Source: Prorocentrum cordatum
Lineage: Eukaryota
Direction: 5' to 3'
NCBI GenBank assembly: GCA_963575745.1
Contig: CAUYUJ010000114.1
Location: 1,364,001-1,428,000 of the forward strand
Length of the DNA stretch: 64,000 nucleotides
Shown piece after piece: positions 1 to 12,332 of this stretch. Position numbers and translations under genes: made by a program. The notes under the pieces were generated by a model. That model was not told the origin of the DNA. It saw nothing but the letters and a program-made list of their open reading frames with translations, and did no database searches. Each line of letters opens with the position of its first letter. The first letter of the stretch is position 1.

Positions 1-548
1 GGCCACCATCCCTTGCAAAAAATGACACGCGGGGCACATGCGCGCGGCCGCCGCGCGCGCACCTCGAAATCCTGCCAAACACACTGTGATTTCAACAATT
101 TCAAGATGCGATGTCAAACAAACATATGAAAACACATCACTTTCTCATCCAAAAATTCCGAAAATCTGCCCCCGCGCGCATGCTGAATCCTTCCAGAACC
201 AATTGTTTTTCAACGTTCCTATCAAACGGGGCTTCGAGGGCAACTTTTGCGCTCACCTCGAACTGTTTCAACTTCGTCTGCGCGCCTGCGAGGGCCACCA
301 TCCCTGGCAAAAAATGACACGCGGGGCACATGCGCGCGGCCGCCGCGCGCGCACCTCGAAATCCTGCCAAACACACGGTGATTTCAACAATTTCAAGCTA
401 CGACTTCAATAGAACATATGAAAACGTACGACTTTCTCATCCAAAAAATCTGAAAATCCACCCGCGCGCTCTCGCTGAATCTTTCAAGAACTACTGGTTT
501 TTCCACATTCCTGTCCATCGGGGCTTCGCGGGCGACTTTCGCGCGCAC
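1..548. repeat. Tandem duplication, 292-bp unit (~1.9 copies)
   Basis: ggccaccatccc..gcaaaaaatgacacgcggggcacatgcgcgcggcc starts at 1 and again at 293; similarity continues to ~548. Confidence 0.9.
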
Positions 549-1055
549 GTATATACATTGGCGCCACCCACGTGGTACCACTCAAAATAAGTGTATTCGC
601 TAGTGGGGTACAGAAACGGAAAAACGTCGTATCAGACGCTAGCGCCTCACCAACCATAGCAGTCAATATCATTGTAGGCCCGACAGACAGTACCGGCGTC
701 GTACTGGTATACCGTGGTTTCCTATTCTAGCGTCAGAAACATGTTACCATCAAAAACCAGTACAGGTGTCGAGTGTTTGAAAAGTGGGAAAAGTCGTATA
801 CTAAGCTAGCGTCCAGAAAATGTTACCACAACAAGTCACTGTACCCATGCGCCAGTGTAGTAGCCAAGGTCGTCCGCATGCCACGAAGTGAAGTGTCCGA
901 ACGTCATAGGGCGGGAAGCTGGGTGTGGGTGGTCGCGAAGAGTCGTTTGGAAATTTGGGAGAGCTTGAACTGCCCCCCCACAAAGTGGGGGTATTGGCCG
1001 GCGTCCCATGAAAACCCTGGCACTGGTGAGAACGGCGTGTCCCCACGTGCTAGTA

Positions 1056-1057
<2 letters not shown>

Positions 1058-1132
<75 letters not shown>
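1058..1132. repeat. (TGT)n microsatellite
   Basis: Perfect trinucleotide run. Confidence 0.97.
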
Positions 1133-1134
<2 letters not shown>

Positions 1135-1479
1135 TGTTTTGTGTTCTGTGACAAGTCTTTGGCTCGGTCGTGGGGCGTAGAGACGCAATCAGCAGTGTCG
1201 AGACCGCCCTTGGCGACCGCAAAGGCCCCCAGGCCTTTCTCGTGGCCCCATTCGGCCGTGTTGGGGTGTTCGGGGCTCCTGCGCTTCAGCCGTCAGGGTG
1301 CCCTCTGGTGCCATCATGGGGCACGGTTGGGAGCCTCTGGATCTGTAGCGGGGCAATCTTGGGGACCTCTAGGACGAGCTTGCACCGTCGAGAAACAGAA
1401 CAGGCTGGGAGGCCAGAGACCTCGGAGAAACCAAAGGAACAAATATGATTTGAGCCTCCAGGGGCCCTTGTGGGGAGCC

Positions 1480-2350
1480 TCTGCGAAGCTTCTTTTGCTG
1501 GCGAGGTGGCCTGGAGAGCTGTCATGGGGCCATCGTCGGCGTCGCGCAGGCCTGGAAGCGACTCTGGCGGCTCGTGGAGCCTAACTACTTGGGGGCGCTG
1601 GTCCTCCCATGCGGAGCCGTCTTGGATCGCGCTCGGGAGCCCCAGGGGCCCGAATCACATCGGTCTGAGCGCCTTCTTGGGCTGCCGTGCAGCGTGGGGA
1701 TGCAGAACAAGCTGGATGATTAAAAGCGTAGAAAAATACATTGGAAACGAACAAGGAGTAAGGCCTCAAAGAGCCCTCCGGGGAGGCCTCTTGGAAGCGT
1801 GCCGTGTCGACGAAGTCGCTCGGGGGGCTGTCTGCGATCGTCGGCGTCGCAGGCCTGGGAGCGACTCTGGCGGCTCGTGGAGCCTACTTGGGGGCGCCGG
1901 CCCTCACGTGCGGAGCCGTCTTGAATCACCGTTGGGAGACCCAGGGCCCCGAAACACATCGGTCTGGACGTCCTCTTGGGCTGCCGTGCAGCGTGGGGAT
2001 GCAGAACAAGCTGGATGAAAGAAAACGTAGGAAAACCATGGGACAAACAAAAGGTAAGGTCTCAGAGAGCTCTCTGGGGAAGCCTCTTGGAAGCATGACG
2101 TGTCGACGAAGTCGCTCGGGGGCTGTCTTGGGGTGATAGTCGGCGTCGCACGGATCTTGGAGCGTCCCCGGCCGCTCTGTGACACTACTGGGGCGCGCCG
2201 ATCCTCCCATGCAGAGCTATCTGGGGACAAGGTTGGGAGCGTCTGGGAGTCAGGGTCCGAACTGGGACGTTTTGGGCGTCCTCTGGGGCTGCCGCGCAGC
2301 GTGGGGATGCAGGACAGGCTGCATGGAGAGAAACGTGGGAAAAAACGATC
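1480..2350. repeat. Degenerate ~300-bp tandem repeat (3 copies)
   Basis: ggctgccgYgcagcgtggggatgcag recurs at ~1680, ~1979 and ~2287. Confidence 0.85.
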
Positions 2351-2788
2351 GGACAACCAAATGTGTGAGCTTCGGGGAGCTCTCCTGGAGGGCTCTGGGA
2401 GGCCTGTGGGAGACCTGGGGCACCAGGCGGGAGCAGCCCCTGGAGCCCCCTCCTGCAACCTCTTGGGGCTCTGGTGGCTCCAAGCCGGCGAAACCTTATA
2501 AAAACAAATGGACAGTAAGGCCCCGGGCCCCCCATGCGCCGCCGAGGTCCCTGGGCGGGACCCTCCCCGGCCACGCCCCCCGGGGCTCTGGTGGCTCCGG
2601 GCGGCCGAAACCAGGAAAAAACGGGCCGCCCATGCCCTGCCGAGGTCCCTGGGCGGGACCCCCCCGGCCACGTCCCCCGGGGCTCTGGTGGCTCTGGGTG
2701 GCCGAAACCTTCAAAAAATACAAAGAAAGTAAGGCCCCGGCCCCCCATGCCCTGCCGAGGTCCCTGGGCGGGGCGGCCACGTCCCCGG

Positions 2789-3398
<610 letters not shown>

Positions 3399-3578
3399 AT
3401 AAGTAGGTAGGAACATGAAGTAGGAAGGCGCTGAACGTAGAATGAGTGTCCGCCCGCCCCCGAACGAGGACGGAAACGGTGAAGCCACTCGATCATTGAA
3501 GTAGGAATGCGCTTAAAGTAGATTGTAATCTCTTCAACGACCGATGGGCACGCATACATACATGCACAAACACACATA

Positions 3579-3611
<33 letters not shown>

Positions 3612-3682
3612 CTTCGGGCCATGTGTGAAGTCCTCCAGACCCCGAATTCGTGGCCGGTGGACTCCCGCACTGTCTCTTGCAG

Positions 3683-4262
3683 GGTCTCCCGTGTGTCTCC
3701 CAACTGGTCTCTCCAACCTCGCCTTCCGTACGGTCTCCCGTAAGGTCACCCGCAAGGTCCGACGACAACGACGACGACGAGGACTGGCGCCTCGGCGGCG
3801 CTGCTGCGAGGCCAGCAGGGATGCCCCTGCGCCCAAGAGGCAGGCAGCCCCCGCCGCGGCCGCAGAGGCGGACGCGCCAGCGGCCTGGACGCCCCAGGGA
3901 CGTCAACGCCGTCGCCGTCGGCGGCAACATAAAAGTCGGCGTCGCCGTAGGCGGCGTCGGCGTCGACGTCGGCGTCGTCGTCGTCGTCGTCGGCGGCGTC
4001 GCCGTCGTCGGCGGCGGCCTCGCCCCACCCGGCGTCGTCGACGTCGGCGTCGGCGTCGGCGTCGTCGTCGTTGTCACTACATCGGCGGCGGCATCGGGGG
4101 TGGCGCCGTCATCGTCGCTGTCGGCGGCGGCGGCGGCTCACGCGGCGGCCGTGGGCAGCGTCGTCGTCGGTGGCGTCGCCGTGGGCAGCGGTGGCGAAGG
4201 CGGCCTGCGCGTGGGCCGCGCCCGCGGCGCCGACCGCGGGCGACGCGGCGCCTCGGCTTTGG

Positions 4263-4306
<44 letters not shown>

Positions 4307-7300
4307 GTTTGCCGTCGGCGTCGCCTTCGCCGTCGTCATCACGTTGCCTTCGTCGACAGAGGGCCGACGAGTGAGGATCGCGGCTCGAACGTCGAACGTT
4401 TGTGCCGTCTTGGCATCTCTGGATCTCTGGGGGCCCCTGGAGTCCTCGGGCCCGCCATCGCTCGGACGTCCATTTTCCGTGCATGTTTCGGCTCCGTGCG
4501 TGTTTTTTTTTGGTCGATGGTCCAGGATGGTCCTCGATGGTTCTCGCCGAGAAAAATTCACACGTCCGAGCGATGCCCAGCGGGAGCCCCAGGGCGTTCT
4601 CGTCGTCGTGGTCGACGGGGGTCGTCGTGGCACCTGCGGGAGCGAGCATTCGCCGAGCGGTGGCAGGGGCAGCGTGCGCGCGTTCAGAAAGCACCGGCTA
4701 TACTTCTTGGCGTCGCGGTGCCGCGACCAGCGGCGGGCCGTAGCACGGTCAGAGAACACTAGCCATACTAGAAGAAGAACAAAGACAAAAACATAAAATT
4801 CCGGCGCTCCGCGCGGATTTCTCGGATCCGCGCTGGACCCCCCTCCCCGGCGCGCTCCGCGCGCCAGGGGCGGCGCCCGTGGCGCCGCCGGGGGGCCCAG
4901 CGCGGATCCGAAAAATCCGCGCGGAGCGCCAACAGTTTATGTCTATGGCGTTTTTTCGTCTTCGAAACTATACACCTACACCGATCATGGCCAGGATCAA
5001 CCTGGGCCCAGGATCGGTGCATACGCTCTTCTGGCTTGAGCAGGAAGGAAGGGATTCACACCGAACCAAGGCCCAAGATAGGCCTGGTCAGGGTCGGCGC
5101 AGGTGTATAATAGGCGCCCGACGAGGTTCCGATAGCGACAGGGGGACGAGGAGGAGGAGCTGAGGAGCAGGAGGAGGAGGAGGAGGAGGAGGAGGAGGAC
5201 GCCGATCTTGGGCCCTGGATCGGCGTATACGCCCTTCTGACCTGGACAGGAAAACATCTACACCGATCCTAGGCCTAAGATCGGCCCGGCCAGGATCGAT
5301 TCAGGCTCATATTAAGGGGCCCTGGGACATACAAATAAATAAACACAGATCCCAGGACCCCCCATATTTTATTATATTTTCTGGGTTTGCGACGCCCCCC
5401 TCACTTCCTGCAGTTTCCCATATTTTCTGGGCTTTCGTCTTCTCCCATATTTTCAATTTTTTTCCTGGGAGTCGATGATTCAATGTGTGTGTGTGTGTGT
5501 GTGTCGTTTTCCTCCTCATGAATTTCGTTGGCGCCCTCCGACGCGTGCAGACGTTCGGAGCTGCTGTTCTTTTCAACAAGCGCTTTTCCCGAGACTGATT
5601 TAGGCCTCCTTCGGGCTGGGCGAAAGGGGGGGATAGCAAAGGGGGGGTTTTAGAATCAGCTCACGTAGCTGATTTTTCTGGCGCCTCCCGGCGCCGGGAG
5701 GCGCCCACTTACCGAGGAATGGACCCGGCGGCGGAGCGGAAACCAGCTGCATGCAGCAGATTTCGTACCCCCCCCTTTCCCTATCCCCCCCTTTCGTTCG
5801 GCCCGACTCCTGGAGTAGAAGAAGAAACAACGCCATAAACACAAACTTTTGGCGTTCCGCGAGGATTCCTCGGACCCGCGCTGGACCCCCCTCCCCTGGC
5901 GCGCTCCGCGCGCCAAGGGCGGCGCCGGAGGCGCCGCGGGGGGGGCCCCCGCGCGGATCCGAGAAATCCGCGCGGAGCGCTAGAAGTTTATGTTTATGGC
6001 GTTTTTGTCGTCTTCGAAACAAGCGTGCTTCCTGAGTTTGATTTGTCGGCGGTGGGCAAACCTCCCTTACATAAACCTCCCCTTCGTGAAAACGGCCTGG
6101 GACCGAAACCGACGGACCTGGGCCCGCAAAAATGACGGCCGCGACGCCCTCTCGCAAACTGAAAACGGCCAAATCATGAATCGACGTGTCAGGGTAGGAA
6201 GTCTATCAACCTCCGAATCTAGGTCTCCTGGAGGCTCTTTCCAAGCCCCAGGGCTATCAACAACTGGCCGGGACAGCGAAGCTGGTGCTGGTGCAGGCTC
6301 GAGGGACCCACGGGTTAGAAGCAGCAGGCCCTCGGCTGGAGGTCTCGTGTCCAGCACTTGCCGAGACTTCTGCCGGGTCGTCCGCGGCGTGGGCGTTTTG
6401 GCGGGGTCGGGCATGCTTGCGCGGATGTTTAGAGAATCCCTGCCCATGGAGCCGGAGCCGGCGACGGGCGGTGTTGTGCCTTGCTCCTTGCCCTGTCGAC
6501 GCTGGCGTGCTGCTGTACATACACTCGCGCCTGCGATCTGCAACCGATGTGCCGTCTGGGCACGGTCCACTTGACTGGACTTGGCAGGGGATGGCGGGAC
6601 TCGGAAGATCCCCCGCTTCTTGGGAGCCCCTCCTTCCTTATCACCGAGGGGCCTTCCCGAGGAGGAGGAGAAGGAGGAGGAGGAGGAGGGAGGAGGAGGA
6701 GGAGGAAGAGGAGGAGGAGGAGGGGAGGAGGATGATGATGATGATGAGGAGGAGGAGGAGGAGGGAGGAGGAGGGAGGAGGAGGAGGAGGAGGAGGAGGA
6801 GGAGGAGGAGGAGGGAGGTGGAGGGAGGAGGAGCTCGCTGCCTTCTTGTAGAGGGCCGCCACGCTCGTGCCGTCCCCCCCCCCTTCTGCGCGCGCCAGAC
6901 GTTGCCCGACAGCACCGGACGTTGCAGGGTGGCACGCGTGGTCGTGGACAAGAGCGGCTACGTACGCGTGCGCGCCACCCTGGGTTTCCAACCAGTCTGG
7001 CGGCACCCTGGCCGCCGCTTCCACAACCGCCGCAGGAATCTCCCTGGAACTCGGGAGAAGCGAAACCTGCCCACATCCACAGTTCCTGCTCGAAGCAGTA
7101 ACAGCCCTGTCAGCATCACAGGAGCAGGCGGCTCCTGTGATGCTGACGGAGCTGTTCCAATACGGATCGAGGACTGGGACAACATCGGACCAAAATGCGT
7201 AAATCGGGGATCTCTGAGATCCGGTGGCGCTAGAACATGTTTCGGGCGCCGCGGCCGTTCCAGGGAGAGCGTTCCGGGACGCTCTGGAATGATTTATCCC

Positions 7301-10300
7301 GGTCCTAGTCGGGCGTTGGCGGGACTGGGTTTTAGTGGGACCTGGTTTAATGATGTGTACAAGGGACGCCCTCCACGCCGCAGTCCCCTGACCAGAACTG
7401 CCGTCGCCCGAAGAAACATCAACTGCGGCAGACTTTGTTTGGTGCTTCTGGTCATTTGCCTGGGCTTCGGGGCCCAACCACTAACCGGCTCCCCTTTCCC
7501 GTGATCCTGGCTATATCCGACCTAGCCCCGCCCCATGTTCTGTACTCCGGATCCTTCAATCAGCCCCCCCCCCCCGGGCCAACCTGTCCGACGCCCTTGT
7601 CCGCCCCCCCACGCGCCCCAAACCTACCCCCTCTCGCTCCCCAACCTCCCCACGCCCCCCGAAGGACAGCAGTCTCCCACCCCCCCTCGCGATCCTTCCC
7701 CCCACGCTCATTGAGAGACCTGGAGTGCCCGTCCGTGCAGGCAGCGCTCTCGAGCGATCCGCTGATCCGGATGCTTTTCAGCTCTTTCTGCCCTCTGGTG
7801 TTCGGGCGCAGGGGGGCGCCACAAGGAGGGGGGCGCCACCAGCCTCGTGCAGGTCCGATGCCTTGGCATGCACAGGTCAGGAGGCAACTGCTGGGAGGTG
7901 TTCGTCGGAAAGATTAGGGAGGATCCGGCCCCATTTGGGAGCTGTTACGCCGGAGTGGGCCTCGGGCCAAGCAAGACTAAGCTGGCATTCCGCGGGATTG
8001 GGCTGGATTTAGGACCAGGGCGAGAACAGAACTCGACCTCCCAGGAGTTGCATCCGAGCGCAGGCGCCGGCCGCCGCCGAACTAGAGACCACAGCAGAAC
8101 CTAGCAGCAAAAGGGTGGAGGGCTCCTCCGCTCCCGCCGGACGGGGTCGATCGGCGGCGGGCCTTGGGGGGGGAAGGTGGGGAGGGGGCGGGCCTGCTCC
8201 CGGCCATCGCTCGGACGTCCCTTCCCTGCGTTTTTTCTGAAGGCTCAGAAGGCCCCCGACCTTCTGAGACCTTTTCGAAGCCTTCCCGAAGGCACAGAAC
8301 ACCTCTCAGAATGCCGGAGCGCTTCTGATAAGCCCCGCCGCCTTCCGAGATGGCCTTCTCCTTCTAACCTCCCCCCCTCGCTCGCCGCCGAATCGAGGGC
8401 CCAAGCCAACACGCATGTCGTCTGCAGGTCAACCGCTTTCCGACCGCATTCGCTCGCTGGGGCTTCTCAAGCCGCAGCTCGTTTTTTGGCCTGGCAGGCC
8501 CTGTCGACCTCTTCTCCTCAGACCGAGAGCGCAAGAGAGAGGAGGGGAAGGGGGAGGGGAAGGAATAGGGGCCGGCCTCAGATGTCGACGACGTTCTTGC
8601 AGGCGCTGCTCACGGTGGTCGCATCCTCGTGATCGTCCTCCCCTAGGAGCCCTCCCACGAGGTAGCCCGCGTGACGCAAGTTGCGGACGAAGAAATTCAA
8701 GTATGCTATGCCTGTATTTGTGCGACCGTGCACCACTTTCAACATCACTTTCCCGAAAGATATCCACTTCGTGCCAGTGTGGACTTTCCCGGAGCCCGCG
8801 CTGAAGGAGAGTCCGCCGCCAGCCATCCCGAGCGCGTGGACTTTGGACTCTACCCATTTTCCCGTTATGTTGATGCTCATGAAGTACGTATCCGCGCAAG
8901 TATCACCCCCTATCCTCTGGGCGTCAGCCTCCACTAGGAGAACCACTTGCGATGGACGCGCCTTGAAGGGCACATGAAGAAGGACATGGACGCCAGGTTT
9001 CATCAAGTCGAAATGCTGCCCGTGCAGATTTACAAGATGCGGGTCGCCAGTCGCACTCATCGTAGTCGGCGAGGCCGTCGGCGCAACAGTAACGAAAGTC
9101 GGTGCCGGGGTCAGGGCGGCCGTCGGTGCAGCTGTGGAACCCGCCGTCGGTGCTGCTGTTGGCGAGGTCGTCGCTGACGGGGTCGGGGAGGCCGTCGGTG
9201 TTGCTGTTGGCGAAGCAGTCGGCGCAATCGTGAAGAAAATTCCGGAATTCCCGTTTTGATCAGTCGGCGGGGCTGTCGGTATGGGAGCCGCCGTCGGTGC
9301 TGCCGTCGGCGAGGCCGTCGGCGTGGTCGTCGGTGATGGGGTCAGGGAGGTCGTCGGCACAGCTGTAGGAGCCGCCGTCGCTGCTGCTGTTGGCGAAGCC
9401 GTCGGCGCAATCGTGAAGAAAGTTCCGGAATTCCCGTTTTGATCAGTCGGCGGGGCTGTCGGTGTGGGAGCCGCCGTCGGTGCTTCCGTCGGCGAGGCCG
9501 TCGGCGAGGTCGTCGGTGATGGGGTCAGGGAGGCCGTCGGCGCAGCTGTAGGAGTCGCCGTCGCTGCTGCTGTTGGCGAAGCCGTCGGTGCAGGGGTCGA
9601 GGACGCCGTAGGCGCAGCTGTAGGAGCCGCCGTCGGTTCAGCCGTCGGCGAGGTCGTCGGTGACGGGGTCGAGGAGGCCGTCGGTGCAGCCGTGGGACCC
9701 GCCGTCGGTGCTGCTGTTGGCGAGGCCGTCAGTGACGGGGTCGGGGAGGCTGTCGGTGCAGCTGTTGGCGAGGCCGTCGGTGCTGCTGTTGGCAAGGCGG
9801 TCGGTGACGGGGTCGAGAAGGCCGTCGGCGCAGCTGTGGGAACCGCCGTCGCTGCTGCTGTTGGCGAAGCCGTCGGCGCAATCGTGAAGAAAGTTCCGGA
9901 ATTCCCGTTTTGATCAGTCGGCGGGGCTGTCGGTATGGGAGCCGCCGTCGGTGCTGCCGTCGGCGAGGCTGTCGGCGAGGTCGTCGGAGACGGGGTCAGA
10001 GATGTCGTAGGCGCAGCTGTAGGAGCCGCCGTCGGTGCAGCCGTCGGCGAGGTCGTCGGTGACGGGGTCAGGGAGGCCGTCGGTGCTGCTGTGGGACCCG
10101 CCGTCGGTGCTGCTGTTGGCGAGGTCGTCGTTGCTGCTGTTGGCGAGGTCGTCGGTGACGGGGTCGAGGAGGCCGTCGGCGCAGCTGTAGGAGCCGCCGT
10201 CGGTGCTGCTGTTGGCGAAGCCGTCGGTGCTGCTGTTGATGAGCTCGTCGGGGACGGGGACGGGGAGGCCGTCGGCAAAGCTGTGGGAGCCGCCGTCGGT

Positions 10301-12332
10301 GCTGCTGTTGGCGAGGCCGTCGGGGAGGCCGTCGGCGCAGCTGTAGGAGCCGCCGTCGGTGCTGCTGTTGGCGAAGCCGTCGGTGCTGCTGTTGGCGAGC
10401 TCGTCGGGGACGGGGACGGGGAGGCCGTCGGCACAGCTGTGGGAGCCGCCGTCGGTGTTGCTGTGGGCGAGGCCGTCGGGGACGCCGTCGGCGCAGCTGT
10501 GGGAGCCGCCGTCGGTGCTGCTGTTGGCAAGGCCGTCGGGAAAGGCGTCGGCGAAGGCGTTCGAATACTGTCGAAGTATTCCTGAGCACACGTGAAGCTC
10601 CCCGCCTCAGCGAAGAAATTCGACGTCCCGCCCAAGCCGAAATTACGGCCCCAAAGATGAACGTGATCATCGGAGTATGCATTGAGGATCCTGAATCCGA
10701 TTTCGAACGAACTGACATTGTCGAACTCGGCCATGAAACACCGCTTCGCTTGGTCAACAGGGACGGCCGTCTCGTCTGGACAAGTGATGTTGATTAAATC
10801 ATTCGGGCCGGTTGGATTGTCGCAGCCGTGACCGAACATCCGCGAAGTGGACATGATCCCAAACTTGCCACCGGGGTAGGTGTACCTGCGGGACATCCTG
10901 CCTGGAACGGATGATTGGATCGATTCGGAGACCACGCCAGTCAGTTGCTGGGGGCTGTCCCCCACGGAAGTTCCATACTGAAAGAAACTTAGGTCGAAAT
11001 CGATGTCGCCGTCGATCGTGTAGACCGCCCTGACGCCGTCTAGCAATATTATTTCGTTCTCGCCGTCTATGAAATGGTCAATATCGCAGAAAGTTAGTTT
11101 TGGAGAATTTGGGAACTCGGGGCAGAAAGAATGGTTTCTCACGAACTCTGCCCGGAGAGTAACCCGCTCACCAACAAGGAGGTTCACAAGCGCCTGTTCC
11201 CCAGAAACGCCGTTCCAATTCGTGTTCCGGGGAGTATAGACGCTTGTGTTGGTGTAGACTAAATCATATATGACTCCATTTGGAAGTTTACCAACTCCGT
11301 AATATCGCATCTCCTTGGGCTTAGTATAATCTGGACCCAATCCGCCAAGATTTGAGTGAGCTTGATGACCAAAAAACTGAACCCAATCCTCACAGCCTGC
11401 TGGGTGAGTAACATATTCTACAGCAGGGCACTCCTCGGGACACACGCAGCACATTGAAGAGCTGAAGTCATCGTCGTCATAATACGGATCCAAGCATATA
11501 CTGATATATGGGGCATCAGGGTCGTAGCTATAGACAGCGCAAGAATTGCCAAATCTATTCGTAGCTCCATTGTCTGCGTCTACACATGTGGTCGGTGCTG
11601 ACGTTGGTGCTCCTGTTGGTGCAGACGACACAGCCAGTGACCCCTTACGCTGTGAACTGTTCACCGTGATGTCACCAGGCATTTTTTGATCGGTATCCAT
11701 CTGAACCTCGTACAACAACTCGCCCTGCAGCAGGAACATATCCAAACACCCACCGCTTTCACACGCCTGCGAACGTGTGTCTTGGGACATACTGCTACCC
11801 GCGACATGCGCAGTCGTGGAATTCACAAACCATGACACGAAGGCCACCGCCATCCACCTTGCACGGCACAGTACCACGCAATCGTATGAAGGCCAGCACT
11901 TCATATCAGAAATGATGGATGGCAAATAGAGAAGTAAGTGTGATAATGGTAAAAGCTAATAGAAATAAGGAAGTTTTGTGTAAGTGCATAGAATTGGAGC
12001 CATAAGGCCTACGGATCAGGCCTAAGTCGATGAGAGAGGAGAAGAAAGTTATCGGTCGCTCTACCTCGACTGTGAGGTCGCACCACCGGCAACACCGTCG
12101 ATCAGAAGCAAAGGCTTGATCAACCACAGCTCGATCTCAGGTGGCCGACTCCAGGAACCCGTGCGTCGACCCGTCCTCGGGGATCCCCCTCGGCTTCAAA
12201 GATGGATGGGGCACCGAGACATGAGAGCCTGGGGCCAGGAGGCCTCGACCTGGAAGCCGCTTCCTGTCCGCAGGGCCCCATCCAGGGAAACCACAAGATA
12301 CCAATACCGCTTCTCCCTTGACCTCTCCTGGG
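3683..12332 (+). CDS. Candidate multi-exon gene of unknown product; putative exons 3683-3810, 6223-6341, 7036-7171, 7876-7984, 12239-12332
   Basis: Each non-repetitive island starts after AG|G and ends at a GC/GT/GA donor. Phases join into one open frame (GLPCVSQ...AAR/SPGG...SAG/GISLELGR...FQYGSR/SGGNCWEV...KTKL/EASTWKP...DLSW). No family recognised; donors were chosen by eye. Confidence 0.35.
4769..4970. mobile_element. Palindromic MITE family A
   Basis: Long imperfect inverted arms (cataaa..ggcgctccgcgcggatttctcggatccgcgctgg / ccagcgcggatccgaaaaatccgcgcggagcgcc..tttatg); TA at both ends; five copies in the window. Confidence 0.8.
5313..5517. mobile_element. MITE family B
   Basis: aggggccctgggacaYacaaat...gtgtgt..ttcctcc. 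Further copies at ~12630, ~12996, ~13340, ~14478, ~22549, ~27078 (reversed), ~34707 and ~39646. Confidence 0.8.
5611..5806. mobile_element. MITE family G
   Basis: Termini tcggg..cgaaagggggg / cccccctttcg..cccga. Copies at ~24986-25193 and 29926-30120. Confidence 0.8.
5816..6021. mobile_element. Palindromic MITE family A
   Basis: Same inverted arms as 4769-4970. Confidence 0.8.
8578..11904 (-). CDS. Intronless secreted/surface mucin-like protein (1108 aa): hydrophobic N-terminus, Cys-rich module, globular domain, long PT (PTAA/PTAS) repeat stalk, C-terminal GDPH (VWD-like) domain
   Basis: Uninterrupted ORF from ATG 11904 to TGA 8580-8578 with complex non-repetitive domains: CVDADNGAT...YDDDDFSSSMCCVC, HSNLGGLGPD...TFCDID, ATGDPHLVNLHGQHFDL...GGLLGEDDH. 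Confidence 0.9.
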   Translation of the reverse strand: MKCWPSYDCVVLCRARWMAVAFVSWFVNSTTAHVAGSSMSQDTRSQACESGGCLDMFLLQGELLYEVQMDTDQKMPGDITVNSSQRKGSLAVSSAPTGAPTSAPTTCVDADNGATNRFGNSCAVYSYDPDAPYISICLDPYYDDDDFSSSMCCVCPEECPAVEYVTHPAGCEDWVQFFGHQAHSNLGGLGPDYTKPKEMRYYGVGKLPNGVIYDLVYTNTSVYTPRNTNWNGVSGEQALVNLLVGERVTLRAEFVRNHSFCPEFPNSPKLTFCDIDHFIDGENEIILLDGVRAVYTIDGDIDFDLSFFQYGTSVGDSPQQLTGVVSESIQSSVPGRMSRRYTYPGGKFGIMSTSRMFGHGCDNPTGPNDLINITCPDETAVPVDQAKRCFMAEFDNVSSFEIGFRILNAYSDDHVHLWGRNFGLGGTSNFFAEAGSFTCAQEYFDSIRTPSPTPFPTALPTAAPTAAPTAAPTASPTASPTATPTAAPTAVPTASPSPSPTSSPTAAPTASPTAAPTAAPTAAPTASPTASPTAAPTAAPTALPTASPSPSPTSSSTAAPTASPTAAPTAAPTAAPTASSTPSPTTSPTAATTTSPTAAPTAGPTAAPTASLTPSPTTSPTAAPTAAPTAAPTTSLTPSPTTSPTASPTAAPTAAPIPTAPPTDQNGNSGTFFTIAPTASPTAAATAVPTAAPTAFSTPSPTALPTAAPTASPTAAPTASPTPSLTASPTAAPTAGPTAAPTASSTPSPTTSPTAEPTAAPTAAPTASSTPAPTASPTAAATATPTAAPTASLTPSPTTSPTASPTEAPTAAPTPTAPPTDQNGNSGTFFTIAPTASPTAAATAAPTAVPTTSLTPSPTTTPTASPTAAPTAAPIPTAPPTDQNGNSGIFFTIAPTASPTATPTASPTPSATTSPTAAPTAGSTAAPTAALTPAPTFVTVAPTASPTTMSATGDPHLVNLHGQHFDLMKPGVHVLLHVPFKARPSQVVLLVEADAQRIGGDTCADTYFMSINITGKWVESKVHALGMAGGGLSFSAGSGKVHTGTKWISFGKVMLKVVHGRTNTGIAYLNFFVRNLRHAGYLVGGLLGEDDHEDATTVSSACKNVVDI
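11994..12015 (-). other. Degenerate relic dinoflagellate spliced leader
   Basis: TCCGTAGGCCTTATGGCTCCAA versus TCCGTAGCCATTTTGGCTCAAG: 17/22 identical, ungapped, same strand, 89 nt upstream of the ATG. Confidence 0.75.
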
